Assembly (NCBI GenBank): GCA_030765185.1
Contig: JAVCDE010000033.1
Coordinates: forward strand, 74,957 to 138,956
Source: Candidatus Aceula meridiana
GTDB lineage: Bacteria > Omnitrophota > Gorgyraeia > Zapsychrales > Aceulaceae
Direction: 5' to 3'
Length of the DNA: 64,000 nucleotides
The notes under the pieces were generated by a model. It saw nothing but the letters and a program-made list of their open reading frames with translations, made no database searches and was not told the origin of the DNA. Shown piece by piece: positions 50,514-60,249 of the stretch (positions within the stretch are counted from its first letter, which is position 1; every line of letters begins with the position of its first letter). The position numbers and the translations under genes were made by a program.

Positions 50514-53500
50514 ACAGCACCCTCTTTTCTTTTTGTTAATTTCCTCACCTTAAAATTGCTTAAAACTTGCTTAATGCCTCTTAAGGGAATTAAAACCCAA
50601 TCCGGCCGATTGTTCAACTCATATCCTAACTCATAGATTGACTTGTCTAAAAGATATATCTGCAAAAGCGTTTCAAGTTCTTTTTCTTTTTTAGGCAAAA
50701 ATTCCGCCTGTCCAATCGCTTCACAATATGATTTAATAAAAATCTTGCTAACATGTTCATACCAAAACTCCACAGCTGATTCTAAAAATGGGACATCTTC
50801 TTCGCGAATAGATTTCTTCATGAGCAATGTTGAATAGGCAGCGTAGTGAAACGATCTTAACATGCCCGCAATATCTCTTAAGGCAGACCGTTTAAGCCTT
50901 CTTTCGCTCAATGACCGAGCAGGCTCCCCCTCAAAATCTATAACAATAAAATCTTTTCCCGTAAACAAAGCCTGACCCAAATGATAATCTCCGTGAATAC
51001 GAATTTTTTTGGCTGAATATTTTGTTTTAAGAATTAGCTTTAGCCTTCTCATAATTTCCCGCTCTGATTTTAAAATAACTTCCGCATCTAGCTGAATTGT
51101 TTCTGGCAATTTCTTTATTTGTTTCTTTAACAATCGAAAAACAACCCTCGCCTGGCTTCCAATGGATTGATAAACCGACCTTTGATACAAAAGAGAAAAA
51201 GACTCCGGCTTAAAGTCTGAATTATCTACACCTTCAGATAATTTCTTATGCATCTCGCCTGTTCTTTGCCCTAAAAGTTTCACTCGCTCAAGGAACAGGC
51301 CATCAATCAAGTCCTCACTCCTAAACTTTCTTACAATACCCTGATCTGCCTCTAAAACTTCCTCTACGTTCTTGCTGCTTTTCTTGTCCTCTTTTCTAAA
51401 ATCATTAAATTTAGATAAAATTAAGTCAAAGAAACTTTCAACATGATCTTGTGTGTACGCCCAGGCGTTTGCCTCGCTCGCAACATACTTCTGCAAGATG
51501 CAAAGAGAAGTTTCATCTTTAGAAGAATTAACGCTTTTGATGCAACCGGCAAAATCAGGAATATTTTCATAATTTTTACAATCCGTTAAATACTTTGTTA
51601 TTTCAATATCCGGATTAATTCCTTCTTCTAATTTTCTAAAAATTTTCATAAAGAAAGTATCTCCAAATAATATAGAAGTATTACTTTGCTCTGCTTTTAA
51701 AACATGCGAGGGCAAAGCAGCAGGATTCTTTCCTTGAAGAGCTTTAAATTTCTTGCCTGCAGAACCAACAAGAGTACAGTTTTTATTCTTAATCTTCTTG
51801 CCCTTTGTTATAATTTCAAAAAATAATTGATGAAAATTTAAATCATAAACGCCGTCATACAAAAATCCTTCTCTCTTATTAATGTGTAGCTGACTAATAA
51901 CGCTTTCGGGAAAATTCTGAACTATTTCTCTGCCCTCTTTTGAATACGAAAATGAAATAGGCAAAAAATAAGTTTCAGGGATTCCTGCAGAATAATTCAC
52001 AGATAAAAATAACAGCTTAACGCTCTGCTTTTGATCGCCGAGATTAATAATATCCGAAATCCTTATCGTCTGAATATTGCGCGCCTTTCCACCAAACCAT
52101 CGACATTTTCTCAAATATTGAGGTAAAAGTTCAGCTTCTAGCCTTCGTATAAATTTAGAAGAAAATACTTCTTCCCAAGACTTTTCTAATCTTATTCTTG
52201 GCGACCTCTGTAATGTTTCTGCTACTGTTACCGCTTGCTTCTTCAGCAAAAACCAAAAATGGTTATGTGGGCCCAGAGTAACGGTATACGGATTGTCCTT
52301 AATAATTGAAAATTTATTTTGGCTAAAAATTTCCTCAGGGACAAACCCGCTATACTCTTTTAAATCAAGGTCCGCCGATTGCGAGAATCTAGATAAATTA
52401 ATTACAACCAATATATTTTCATCTTTGTATTCCCTGATAAAACACAAAACTTTTGAGTTTTCTGGATATAAAAACTTGATGTTCCCCTGACTAAAAGCTT
52501 TAAATCTCTTACGTACAGAAATAACGCGTTTCATCCACCATAAAAACGATGAATGATTATTGTCCTGTGTCTCAACATTGACAGTCTCATAATGATATTC
52601 CGAATCAATAATAACCGGCAGATACAACTGTTGGGGATTTGCCCTTGAAAAACCAGCATTGCGATCTGGGCTCCATTGCATAGGCGTTCGGACACCGTCT
52701 CGATCTCCTAAAAACCTGTTATCTCCCATCCCGATTTCATCACCATAATAAATAATCGGTGTTCCTGTTAAAGAAAAAAGAAGAATATTCATCAATTCAA
52801 ATTTACGACGATTATTGCCAAGAAGAGGAAGAAGTCTTCGCCTTATTCCTAAATTTATTTTTGACCGAGCATCTTTAGCATAGGTTCGATACATATAATC
52901 ACGTTCTTCATCTGTAACCATTTCCAATGTCAGCTCATCATGGTTTCTCAAAAATATTGCCCACTGGCATGAGCGAGGTATCTTAGGCGTTTGTTCAAGA
53001 ATGTCAATAATTGGGAAGCGATCTTCCATCTGAACACTCATATACATTCGAGGCATTAGAGGAAAATGAAAAGCCATATGGCACTCATCCCCTTTTCCAA
53101 AATATTGAACAGCATCTTCAGGCCACTGATTAGCTTCAGCCAAAAGCATGCAATTCTTAAATTTCCCATCAACATGTTTTCTTAATTTCTTTAAGAATGC
53201 ATATGTCTCTGGTAGATTTTCACAATTCGTATCATCGCGTTCAAATAAATAAGGAATAGCATCTAAGCGCACTCCATCAACACCCATGCCAAACCAAAAG
53301 TCAGAAATTTTCATAATTTCTTTCTGAACACTTAGATTATCAAAATTTAAATCTGGCTGATGAGAATAAAAGCGATGCCAATAATACGCCTTAGCTTCTT
53401 CTGACCATGCCCAATTAGATGTTTCAAAATCTTTAAAAATAATCCGAGCGTCTTTATACTTTTCTGCGGTGTTACTCCACACATAATAATTGCGATGGTT

Positions 53501-53890
53501 AGAATTAACCTTAGCTTGTTTAGCTCTAACAAACCACGGATGTTGATCTGAAGTGTGATTAATAACAAGCTCTGTAATAACTCTTAAACCTCTTAAATGA
53601 GCTTCTTTTAAGAATTCTTTAAAATCTTTCAGAGTGCCGTATTGAGGATGAACATCATAATAATCTGCAATATCATAGCCGTCATCTCGAAGAGGCGACG
53701 GATAAAACGGAAGCAACCAAATAGCCGTAATGCCAAGATTCTTCAAATAATCTAATTTTTGAGTCGCTCCTTTAAAATCGCCAATGCCGTCTCCGTTGCT
53801 ATCGCAAAACGTCTTGACATGAAGCTGATAAATAACAGCATCCTTATACCACAAAGGATTGCTTTCAAGATTACTGCGTGAGGTACGCAT
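50510..53890 (-). CDS. treS: Trehalose synthase-maltokinase fusion (TreS-Pep2/Mak)
   Basis: WYKDAVIY, RLDAIPY, AEANQW, LRNHDELTLE, C-terminal kinase EQSNTS, RIHGDYHLGQ, IDFEGEP. Confidence 0.95.
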   Translation of the reverse strand: MRTSRSNLESNPLWYKDAVIYQLHVKTFCDSNGDGIGDFKGATQKLDYLKNLGITAIWLLPFYPSPLRDDGYDIADYYDVHPQYGTLKDFKEFLKEAHLRGLRVITELVINHTSDQHPWFVRAKQAKVNSNHRNYYVWSNTAEKYKDARIIFKDFETSNWAWSEEAKAYYWHRFYSHQPDLNFDNLSVQKEIMKISDFWFGMGVDGVRLDAIPYLFERDDTNCENLPETYAFLKKLRKHVDGKFKNCMLLAEANQWPEDAVQYFGKGDECHMAFHFPLMPRMYMSVQMEDRFPIIDILEQTPKIPRSCQWAIFLRNHDELTLEMVTDEERDYMYRTYAKDARSKINLGIRRRLLPLLGNNRRKFELMNILLFSLTGTPIIYYGDEIGMGDNRFLGDRDGVRTPMQWSPDRNAGFSRANPQQLYLPVIIDSEYHYETVNVETQDNNHSSFLWWMKRVISVRKRFKAFSQGNIKFLYPENSKVLCFIREYKDENILVVINLSRFSQSADLDLKEYSGFVPEEIFSQNKFSIIKDNPYTVTLGPHNHFWFLLKKQAVTVAETLQRSPRIRLEKSWEEVFSSKFIRRLEAELLPQYLRKCRWFGGKARNIQTIRISDIINLGDQKQSVKLLFLSVNYSAGIPETYFLPISFSYSKEGREIVQNFPESVISQLHINKREGFLYDGVYDLNFHQLFFEIITKGKKIKNKNCTLVGSAGKKFKALQGKNPAALPSHVLKAEQSNTSILFGDTFFMKIFRKLEEGINPDIEITKYLTDCKNYENIPDFAGCIKSVNSSKDETSLCILQKYVASEANAWAYTQDHVESFFDLILSKFNDFRKEDKKSSKNVEEVLEADQGIVRKFRSEDLIDGLFLERVKLLGQRTGEMHKKLSEGVDNSDFKPESFSLLYQRSVYQSIGSQARVVFRLLKKQIKKLPETIQLDAEVILKSEREIMRRLKLILKTKYSAKKIRIHGDYHLGQALFTGKDFIVIDFEGEPARSLSERRLKRSALRDIAGMLRSFHYAAYSTLLMKKSIREEDVPFLESAVEFWYEHVSKIFIKSYCEAIGQAEFLPKKEKELETLLQIYLLDKSIYELGYELNNRPDWVLIPLRGIKQVLSNFKVRKLTKRKEGAV

Positions 53891-53904
53891 AAAAGTTCCT
53901 TCCT

Positions 53905-55956
53905 TTACATAAAATAATCAAAATCTTGTTCTCGTCGCATATGCTGCTTAATACGAATAATATGTGCCGAAGCTACCTGAGGATTAAGTTCAATATAATT
54001 TGTATCCCCTTGCCAAATGTATTTATCGCCGCTTAAAAGATCATGTGCTAAATATGTTCGATTTTTTTCAATCCCTAATTCATCAAGAGGTATTTTTAGA
54101 TGTCCGATCTGAGTATGATAGGGATCAAGGTTGACGACAACAAGAATAATATTTGAATAATCCGCTGTTGCTTTATAATAACTTAGCAAACAATCATTAT
54201 TAGTTTCACAAAATCGTATATTTCGAGTAATCTGCAATGCAGGATTTTCTTTGCGAATTTTATTAAGTCTCGCCAACACATCTTTCAAATGCCCTTCTTT
54301 ATTCCAATCCCACTGCTTAATCTCATATTTCTCAGAATTAAGATACTCTTCCTTGCCAGCAATCGCATCAGCGACACATAGCTCAAACACCGGCCCATAT
54401 ATGCCAAAATTTGAAGAAAGCGTTGCAGCCAAAACAGCTCTCATGATAAAAGCCGGCCTTCCGCCATATTGCAAATGCTCTGGCAAAATGTCAGGAGTGT
54501 TTGGCCAGAAATTTGGACGAAAATATTCAGCCACTTCTGTTTGCGTTAACTCCGTCAAATATTCAATGAATTCTTGCTTTGTGTTTCGCCAAGTAAAATA
54601 TGTATACGACTGACTAAAGCCTCCCTTAGCAAGGCGATACATAACGCTTGGACGCGTAAATGATTCAGATAAAAATATTGTATCAGGATGATCTTTTTTT
54701 ATTTCTGAAATAAGCCAATCCCAAAAAAGAAAAGGTTTTGTGTGAGGATTATCAACACGAAAAATATACACTCCCTGCTCTATCCAGAACAAAACAACAC
54801 TTTTTAATTCTTCCCAAAGATTCTCAGCATCATCAGTTTCAAAATTAATAGGCAAAACGTCTTCATATTTCTTAGGCGGATTCTCTGCATATTGAATTTT
54901 GCCGTCTGGGCGCCATTTAAACCACTCAGGGTGCTCTTTAACATATGGATGATCTGGAGAGCATTGATACGCCAAGTCTAAAGCTATTTCTAAATTAAAC
55001 TCTTTTGCCTTCTTAATAAAACTCTTAAATGATGCAAGATTCCCTAACTCAGGATGAATCGCTTTGTGTCCTCCATCTTTTGACCCAATAGCCCAAGGAC
55101 ATCCAGGTTCACTCTTCTTGCAATCAACAGAATTGTTCGCACCCTTTCTATTTTTCTCACCAACAGGATAAATCGGGGGAAGATAAATAACGTCAAATCC
55201 CATACGAGCAATTTCAGGAAATAACTCTTCACAGTCTTTTAAGGAGCCATGCTTTCCGGGTTTTGTTCCCCAAGATCGAGGAAAAAATTCATACCAACTG
55301 CTGAAAAGAGCTAACTTTCTTTCAACGGTAACTTTTAGTTCCTTGTCATAAACAACGCTATTGTGAACATTAAAATTCTTCCCGGTTACTTCTAATAAAT
55401 CCTCATTGGCAAGAAGAGGCAAAACAATGTTAATATTTTTATTTTTCTTTAACTCATTAATACACACATTAAGCATTTTTATTTCTTCTTCGCTCTTAAT
55501 TCTTTCTTTCATCTCTTCAATAATCTGAATACCTATTTTTAAATCCACAGAAACATCTTGCGCATCGGCAATTTTCTTTTCAAGGCTTAAGCGCCACGTG
55601 TTAAATTTATCCACAAAAGCACGAATACTATAAAAATAATCTTCCTCTTTTTTAATCGGAAACGATCCGGCCCATCGATCATTACCCAAAGGCTTCATAT
55701 CAGCTTCCTGCCAGTCTCTTTCTTTCGCTGTGCGATAGAGAAGAACTGCGGCAATCTCATCATGTCCCTCAACAAAAATATTAGCCTCAACAACGACATT
55801 TTCTCCAATGGTTCTCTTGATAGGAAATGCTCCTGAGTCAATCTCTGGAGAAACTTTTTCGATCATAATCCGAGTAGGATGAACGCTTTTTCTTTGAGAA
55901 TTCACTATCTTAGAATCAGAGATATTATTTTTCTTGGGCATGTCTTTCTCCTTCAT
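53905..55956 (-). CDS. glgE: Alpha-1,4-glucan:maltose-1-phosphate maltosyltransferase
   Basis: WYEFFPRS, QCSPDHP, YAENPPKKYED, FRVDNPHTKP, QSYTYFTWR, PNTPDIL. Confidence 0.96.
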   Translation of the reverse strand: MKEKDMPKKNNISDSKIVNSQRKSVHPTRIMIEKVSPEIDSGAFPIKRTIGENVVVEANIFVEGHDEIAAVLLYRTAKERDWQEADMKPLGNDRWAGSFPIKKEEDYFYSIRAFVDKFNTWRLSLEKKIADAQDVSVDLKIGIQIIEEMKERIKSEEEIKMLNVCINELKKNKNINIVLPLLANEDLLEVTGKNFNVHNSVVYDKELKVTVERKLALFSSWYEFFPRSWGTKPGKHGSLKDCEELFPEIARMGFDVIYLPPIYPVGEKNRKGANNSVDCKKSEPGCPWAIGSKDGGHKAIHPELGNLASFKSFIKKAKEFNLEIALDLAYQCSPDHPYVKEHPEWFKWRPDGKIQYAENPPKKYEDVLPINFETDDAENLWEELKSVVLFWIEQGVYIFRVDNPHTKPFLFWDWLISEIKKDHPDTIFLSESFTRPSVMYRLAKGGFSQSYTYFTWRNTKQEFIEYLTELTQTEVAEYFRPNFWPNTPDILPEHLQYGGRPAFIMRAVLAATLSSNFGIYGPVFELCVADAIAGKEEYLNSEKYEIKQWDWNKEGHLKDVLARLNKIRKENPALQITRNIRFCETNNDCLLSYYKATADYSNIILVVVNLDPYHTQIGHLKIPLDELGIEKNRTYLAHDLLSGDKYIWQGDTNYIELNPQVASAHIIRIKQHMRREQDFDYFM

Positions 55957-55962
55957 TGTGTA

Positions 55963-56601
55963 TTAACCCCTTTTTACCTTTTCAATGCCATGCAAATAAA
56001 TATTCCATAGTGTATAGAATTTATTCATTGGTGGATTAGTATAATTTGTTAAAGCAAAATGTGCGCTAGCTGCTCTGATAAGTCCAAAAAATGCAAAACT
56101 AGCTATATCGATATCAACATCATCACGCAAAAGGTCTTGTTTTTTTGCTCTTTCAAGTATTACTTTTATCTTTGCCCGGTATTTGTCCGTTGTTTTTAAT
56201 ATTTTCTTTCTTAAGAAATCATCCTTAAGATGAATCGCTGTTGAAGTCGTCGCAAACAAGAGGCTCTTTTTCTTTTGCGCAAACATAATATGCGTTTTCA
56301 TAATTTCTTTTAATTGCTCAATCGGGTCATTATACTCTTTTATCGGTTGGTCAATCGCGCAAAGGAGGTCATTTTCAAACTGGTCAATCAGGCCAATAAA
56401 AATCGCCTGTTTGTCTGTAAAATGGCGGTAAATAGCACTCTCTGAAATATCATTCTCTTGCGCTAAGTTCTTTATTGTTAAGCTTTGCAAGCCTTTTGAA
56501 ATTAAAATCTCGGCCGCTGAATTGATAATTTCAATTTTTCTTTGTGAGGATGCTTTTCTTTTTACAATAGGTTCTGCTTTAATTCTAGCCATCAAGTTCA
56601 C
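55963..56601 (-). CDS. TetR/AcrR family regulator
   Basis: IINSA....G...LTIKNLA....ISESAIYRHF..K. Confidence 0.92.
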   Translation of the reverse strand: MNLMARIKAEPIVKRKASSQRKIEIINSAAEILISKGLQSLTIKNLAQENDISESAIYRHFTDKQAIFIGLIDQFENDLLCAIDQPIKEYNDPIEQLKEIMKTHIMFAQKKKSLLFATTSTAIHLKDDFLRKKILKTTDKYRAKIKVILERAKKQDLLRDDVDIDIASFAFFGLIRAASAHFALTNYTNPPMNKFYTLWNIYLHGIEKVKRG

Positions 56602-56612
56602 CTTATAAACAG

Positions 56613-56665
56613 TATGTTAGTGAATAATCACAAACATAATATCATTATCAATTAATTTCGTCAAG
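56613..56665 (-). promoter_or_regulatory. sigma70 promoter with overlapping palindromic operator for tetR-glgE
   Basis: Minus strand TTGACG-17 nt-TATTAT, imperfect palindrome TATGTTAGTGAATAATCACAAACATA at 56613-56638. Confidence 0.65.
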
Positions 56666-56685
56666 CCACAAATTAAACCGCTTTT

Positions 56686-57153
56686 TTAATCTTCCCCTTT
56701 ATCCCCTTTTAATCTTTCATAGACTCCTCTTCGGAGAAGCTTAAAGACATCCTCTAAAATCTGAGATCCTGTTAAAACAAAAAGGCACACAAAGCAAATT
56801 ATCAAAGCAACGCCATACATCTGTATCCCAATAGCTGCACCAATTCCCGCCAAAAGCCAGATAACAGCTGCCGAGGTCATGCCCGTAACCAATCCCCCTT
56901 TATTCATGATAACTCCTGCCCCTAAAAACCCTATTCCTGTGACCAGTTGTCCTAAAACACGAACGGGATTACCGTCAGAGGACAATTCTTTTGCTAGGGT
57001 AATAAACACCATCGATCCCATTGTGATAAGAATACTTGTTCTTATGCCAACAGGTTTTCCTCGAAGCTGTCTTTCGACCCCAATAATAAAACCGCAGAAC
57101 ATTGAAAAAAGTATTTTGATCCAAAAACTACTATCAAGAATTTCATGAATCAT
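56686..57153 (-). CDS. MgtC/SapB family protein (TM domain only)
   Basis: IGVERQ..GKP.GIRT, TGIGFLGAG, TG.TSAA.IW. Confidence 0.92.
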   Translation of the reverse strand: MIHEILDSSFWIKILFSMFCGFIIGVERQLRGKPVGIRTSILITMGSMVFITLAKELSSDGNPVRVLGQLVTGIGFLGAGVIMNKGGLVTGMTSAAVIWLLAGIGAAIGIQMYGVALIICFVCLFVLTGSQILEDVFKLLRRGVYERLKGDKGED

Positions 57154-57237
57154 CTTCCCCTCCTTAAAAATAGTTAAAACGTATCGCCTTCGATTAAAGA
57201 CTTGCGCCGGCTAAAAGCCAATTGGATAGCCTGCCAA

Positions 57238-58518
57238 TTAAAAATCCTTTTTATATTTTAAATAAACCTTATCGTCAACTCCGGATTGATTATTCCCGCC
57301 AGTGGAATTTTCACTCGCTTCTTTCCCCTTTAATTCTTTTTCAGCCCCTACGGAGAATTCCTGGGTTATTTTGTACTCCCCTAGCACCTTTTGCTTAAGC
57401 ACAGTATTTTCCTCTTGCCCTGTCTGTTGTTCGATGCCATAGCCTGCCGTCCACTTATCAGACAAATTTTTCTTAGCTTCAAAACCTTTTTTATCTTTCT
57501 CATATGTGACGGCAAAATCACTAATGCCAAAATAACTCGCAAGGGCATCAGACCCCTGGGCAAACAAAATATAATCTACAAAATCTTTAGTGACGCCATC
57601 GGAGACTTGGCCTTTGCCGATAGACCCTTCAAGGCCTTTCCATCTTTTTCCGGTTGCCAGCATAACCATCAATTGTTCTTTGGGAAGCGAAGGCTCAGAA
57701 GACAGCTTCAAGTCCGGGATTTTCAAAGTCCCGGTTAAAGCCACTTTAATTTTTACATTCTCAACTGTTGCGCGACCAAAAAGGCGAAACCCAGGATTTT
57801 CGAAATCTCCAGAAAATAAAATTTGGCTCTCTTCAATTTGCACAGTTGTACGCGGGCCGCGGATGCGTCCGCTTTCAATAATAATTTTCCCAAAAGGCTT
57901 TATTTTACCTAAAAGATCTTTTACTTTTAAGTCAATTTTGCCAGGACAATTTGACAATACGATGTTTTGATATAAAGCATTCTCGATAATAAAACTTCCC
58001 TCTATCTGCGGCTCGTCAAAGCTTCCCTTGATGTAAATGTCCATCTCATCAACAGCACCGGAGAGTCCCACTTTCTTTATATCTTTAAAATAATCAGCCA
58101 GCTCATTAAGGAAAAAACCCCTTGAATAAAAATTAAAATCTAAAATTCCCTTATCAAAAGAACCAAATACAAGAATAGGTTCAGACCCCGCCAAAAGAAG
58201 CCGCGCATTGTCGATTTTTAGAGTTACCCCGTGGAGAATGTTAAAAGATGATAAGCGGAAAAATAATGATTGAACTTTTAAAGAGCTACCTTCGGGAAAG
58301 CCTTTAAGGTTGTTAAGTTCGATGCTATTAAGATGAACGCCTTCTGAAAGATTTCCTGTTAAAGCCTGATATCCGGTATCGTCAGAATTTGCATACAAGT
58401 CCATGGCTCTGTTAGTTGCAAATTTTCCCCCGCTTGAAGTAAACAGAGTCCAGCTTACAAAACCGATGATTGCAATTAAAACAAGGAAGAGGATGAAAAA
58501 CAACTTTTTTATCTTCAT
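57238..58518 (-). CDS. TamB/DUF490-like protein (short)
   Basis: N-terminal TM, beta-rich body, G.L..P.L.LSSEP.L..EQL..ML, C-terminal Y...F. Confidence 0.7.
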   Translation of the reverse strand: MKIKKLFFILFLVLIAIIGFVSWTLFTSSGGKFATNRAMDLYANSDDTGYQALTGNLSEGVHLNSIELNNLKGFPEGSSLKVQSLFFRLSSFNILHGVTLKIDNARLLLAGSEPILVFGSFDKGILDFNFYSRGFFLNELADYFKDIKKVGLSGAVDEMDIYIKGSFDEPQIEGSFIIENALYQNIVLSNCPGKIDLKVKDLLGKIKPFGKIIIESGRIRGPRTTVQIEESQILFSGDFENPGFRLFGRATVENVKIKVALTGTLKIPDLKLSSEPSLPKEQLMVMLATGKRWKGLEGSIGKGQVSDGVTKDFVDYILFAQGSDALASYFGISDFAVTYEKDKKGFEAKKNLSDKWTAGYGIEQQTGQEENTVLKQKVLGEYKITQEFSVGAEKELKGKEASENSTGGNNQSGVDDKVYLKYKKDF

Positions 58519-59126
58519 TCCTCTGAAAACAACCTTTCCAACTCTCCTTTAGCTTTATACAAAGAATTTTGAATGGCGCCTTGGTCCTGTCCAAGAATCT
58601 CATTGCGGCTTTTTTCAAAAAGGGCAAGGCATGCCTCATTTTTCATTAAGTTTTCCAAGGAATCCAATACAAGATTTTTTTTAAAAAAAGCCACAAAGTC
58701 TAAAAAAGATTTTTTAGATAAAGCCGTTCTTAAAAAATCTTCCATCTGCGTGCTATTTCTCATTTGGCGAGGACCGCTCAGCAAAAGCGTAAAGGCCGTT
58801 GATTGTGCATCAAAAATAACATTATGGAGGTTTTGAGATCCGGCCATTGCGACTGCCCGTGTCCTACCCAAATCGTCTTTGACTGTCAGCTTTTGTGGCC
58901 GCTCGCTTAAGAGAATGTTAGCCGAAAAACCACCTTCTGAGTCAATCCAGGCTTTTTCCCCACTGTTCCATATCGAAAAAACATAAAGCCCTTTTCCACC
59001 GATTTCCTGGATGTTCACTTTCCCCTTAGCAAGGACAAAGCCAAAATCATTCTGAGCTACTGCCAAGGCTGGAAAAAGAATAAAGAAGCTTAATGCGATT
59101 AACAGAAATAATTTTAATTTTTTCAT
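58515..59126 (-). CDS. Exported hypothetical protein
   Basis: Signal peptide MKKLK..AVA, translationally coupled to the TamB-like gene. Confidence 0.7.
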   Translation of the reverse strand: MKKLKLFLLIALSFFILFPALAVAQNDFGFVLAKGKVNIQEIGGKGLYVFSIWNSGEKAWIDSEGGFSANILLSERPQKLTVKDDLGRTRAVAMAGSQNLHNVIFDAQSTAFTLLLSGPRQMRNSTQMEDFLRTALSKKSFLDFVAFFKKNLVLDSLENLMKNEACLALFEKSRNEILGQDQGAIQNSLYKAKGELERLFSEE

Positions 59127-59226
59127 TTTCTTTTCTTCGCCCAATTTTTATAAAGTATTGTATTATACCTTTTAAAATAAAAATTTAAAGAAAGATTAAA
59201 TAAAACCGAGAGGGATTTCTTTACTC

Positions 59227-60249
59227 TTACCGTGACAACTGCCAAAGAAGATCCTGAGGCGTCCCCAAGCCCCTAAGTTCAACAGACGCATCTTTTAAGA
59301 ATATTTTGTATCTCTTGGCCTTTGTTCGATTCGCAGGATCATTGATTGCGGTTGATACAATTTTCGATACGGCAAACTCTACAACCTCATCAGGAACTCC
59401 GCTTGACGTCTCACTTTTCGTGCTCATATCGCACTGATCATTAACATAATCAATGGCGAGAAACCGGCGTTTCCCTTCTTTTTGATCAATAGCAATTTCT
59501 GTGGAAAACCAAACCATTTTTGTAAACGAAGCGATCTTGGCAACCATTTTTACCAATTTATAAAGCCCAAGTTCGTTAAAATCTTCGTAAGAAACATGTT
59601 CATAGAGGTTTTCTGTATCATCCCACCAGCAGGGGATGATTGTATCAAAGCAATGAATAACCCGAAACCAGGCCTTTTTATCCTTTAGCCTTAAGGGGAC
59701 AATTTTTTCCTGAAGCAAGAAATTATCGCCTCGATCGTAGTTTCTTGCTTGAGCTATTTCGCGTATCGTTCCTTTGGCGTCACGGATAACGCCGAGCTGG
59801 CCGTATCCACAGCCTGGCTTAATAATAAACGGCACACCTAGCCGTTGCCTCTCTTCTTCTTTTAATCTAAAAACCAATGGCTCCCAATTGCGCACGACAA
59901 TAGTATACGGAGTAAGAATGCCGGCATCCATCAACTCAAAATGAACCATGGCTTTATCAACAGCTACCCGAGCCCTATCCGGGTCGTTGATCACTGCTCC
60001 GCCGGCATCTTTAACGGCATAACAAACCCTTGCGTAAGGGTCCTTGGGCAAATTATAAGTTGCCTGGTAGTCGAGCATAACTCTAATTTTTAAAATATGG
60101 GATTCAAGCTCTTTAAGCACGTCTTTTACGTTTCTATCGGTAATACCTACAAAGCTAAGATTATTCTTTTTGCATTCTTCGTTAAGTAGAAAAATAAATC
60201 TGTCATCGCCCTCATTGTTCCAGTTAAGAGCAAAATCATAAGTTTTCAT
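59227..60249 (-). CDS. Uncharacterised ATP-grasp fold protein
   Basis: IN.P, DKA, TP.T, PFIIKP..G.G..G, LLQE, IDYVND. Confidence 0.7.
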   Translation of the reverse strand: MKTYDFALNWNNEGDDRFIFLLNEECKKNNLSFVGITDRNVKDVLKELESHILKIRVMLDYQATYNLPKDPYARVCYAVKDAGGAVINDPDRARVAVDKAMVHFELMDAGILTPYTIVVRNWEPLVFRLKEEERQRLGVPFIIKPGCGYGQLGVIRDAKGTIREIAQARNYDRGDNFLLQEKIVPLRLKDKKAWFRVIHCFDTIIPCWWDDTENLYEHVSYEDFNELGLYKLVKMVAKIASFTKMVWFSTEIAIDQKEGKRRFLAIDYVNDQCDMSTKSETSSGVPDEVVEFAVSKIVSTAINDPANRTKAKRYKIFLKDASVELRGLGTPQDLLWQLSR

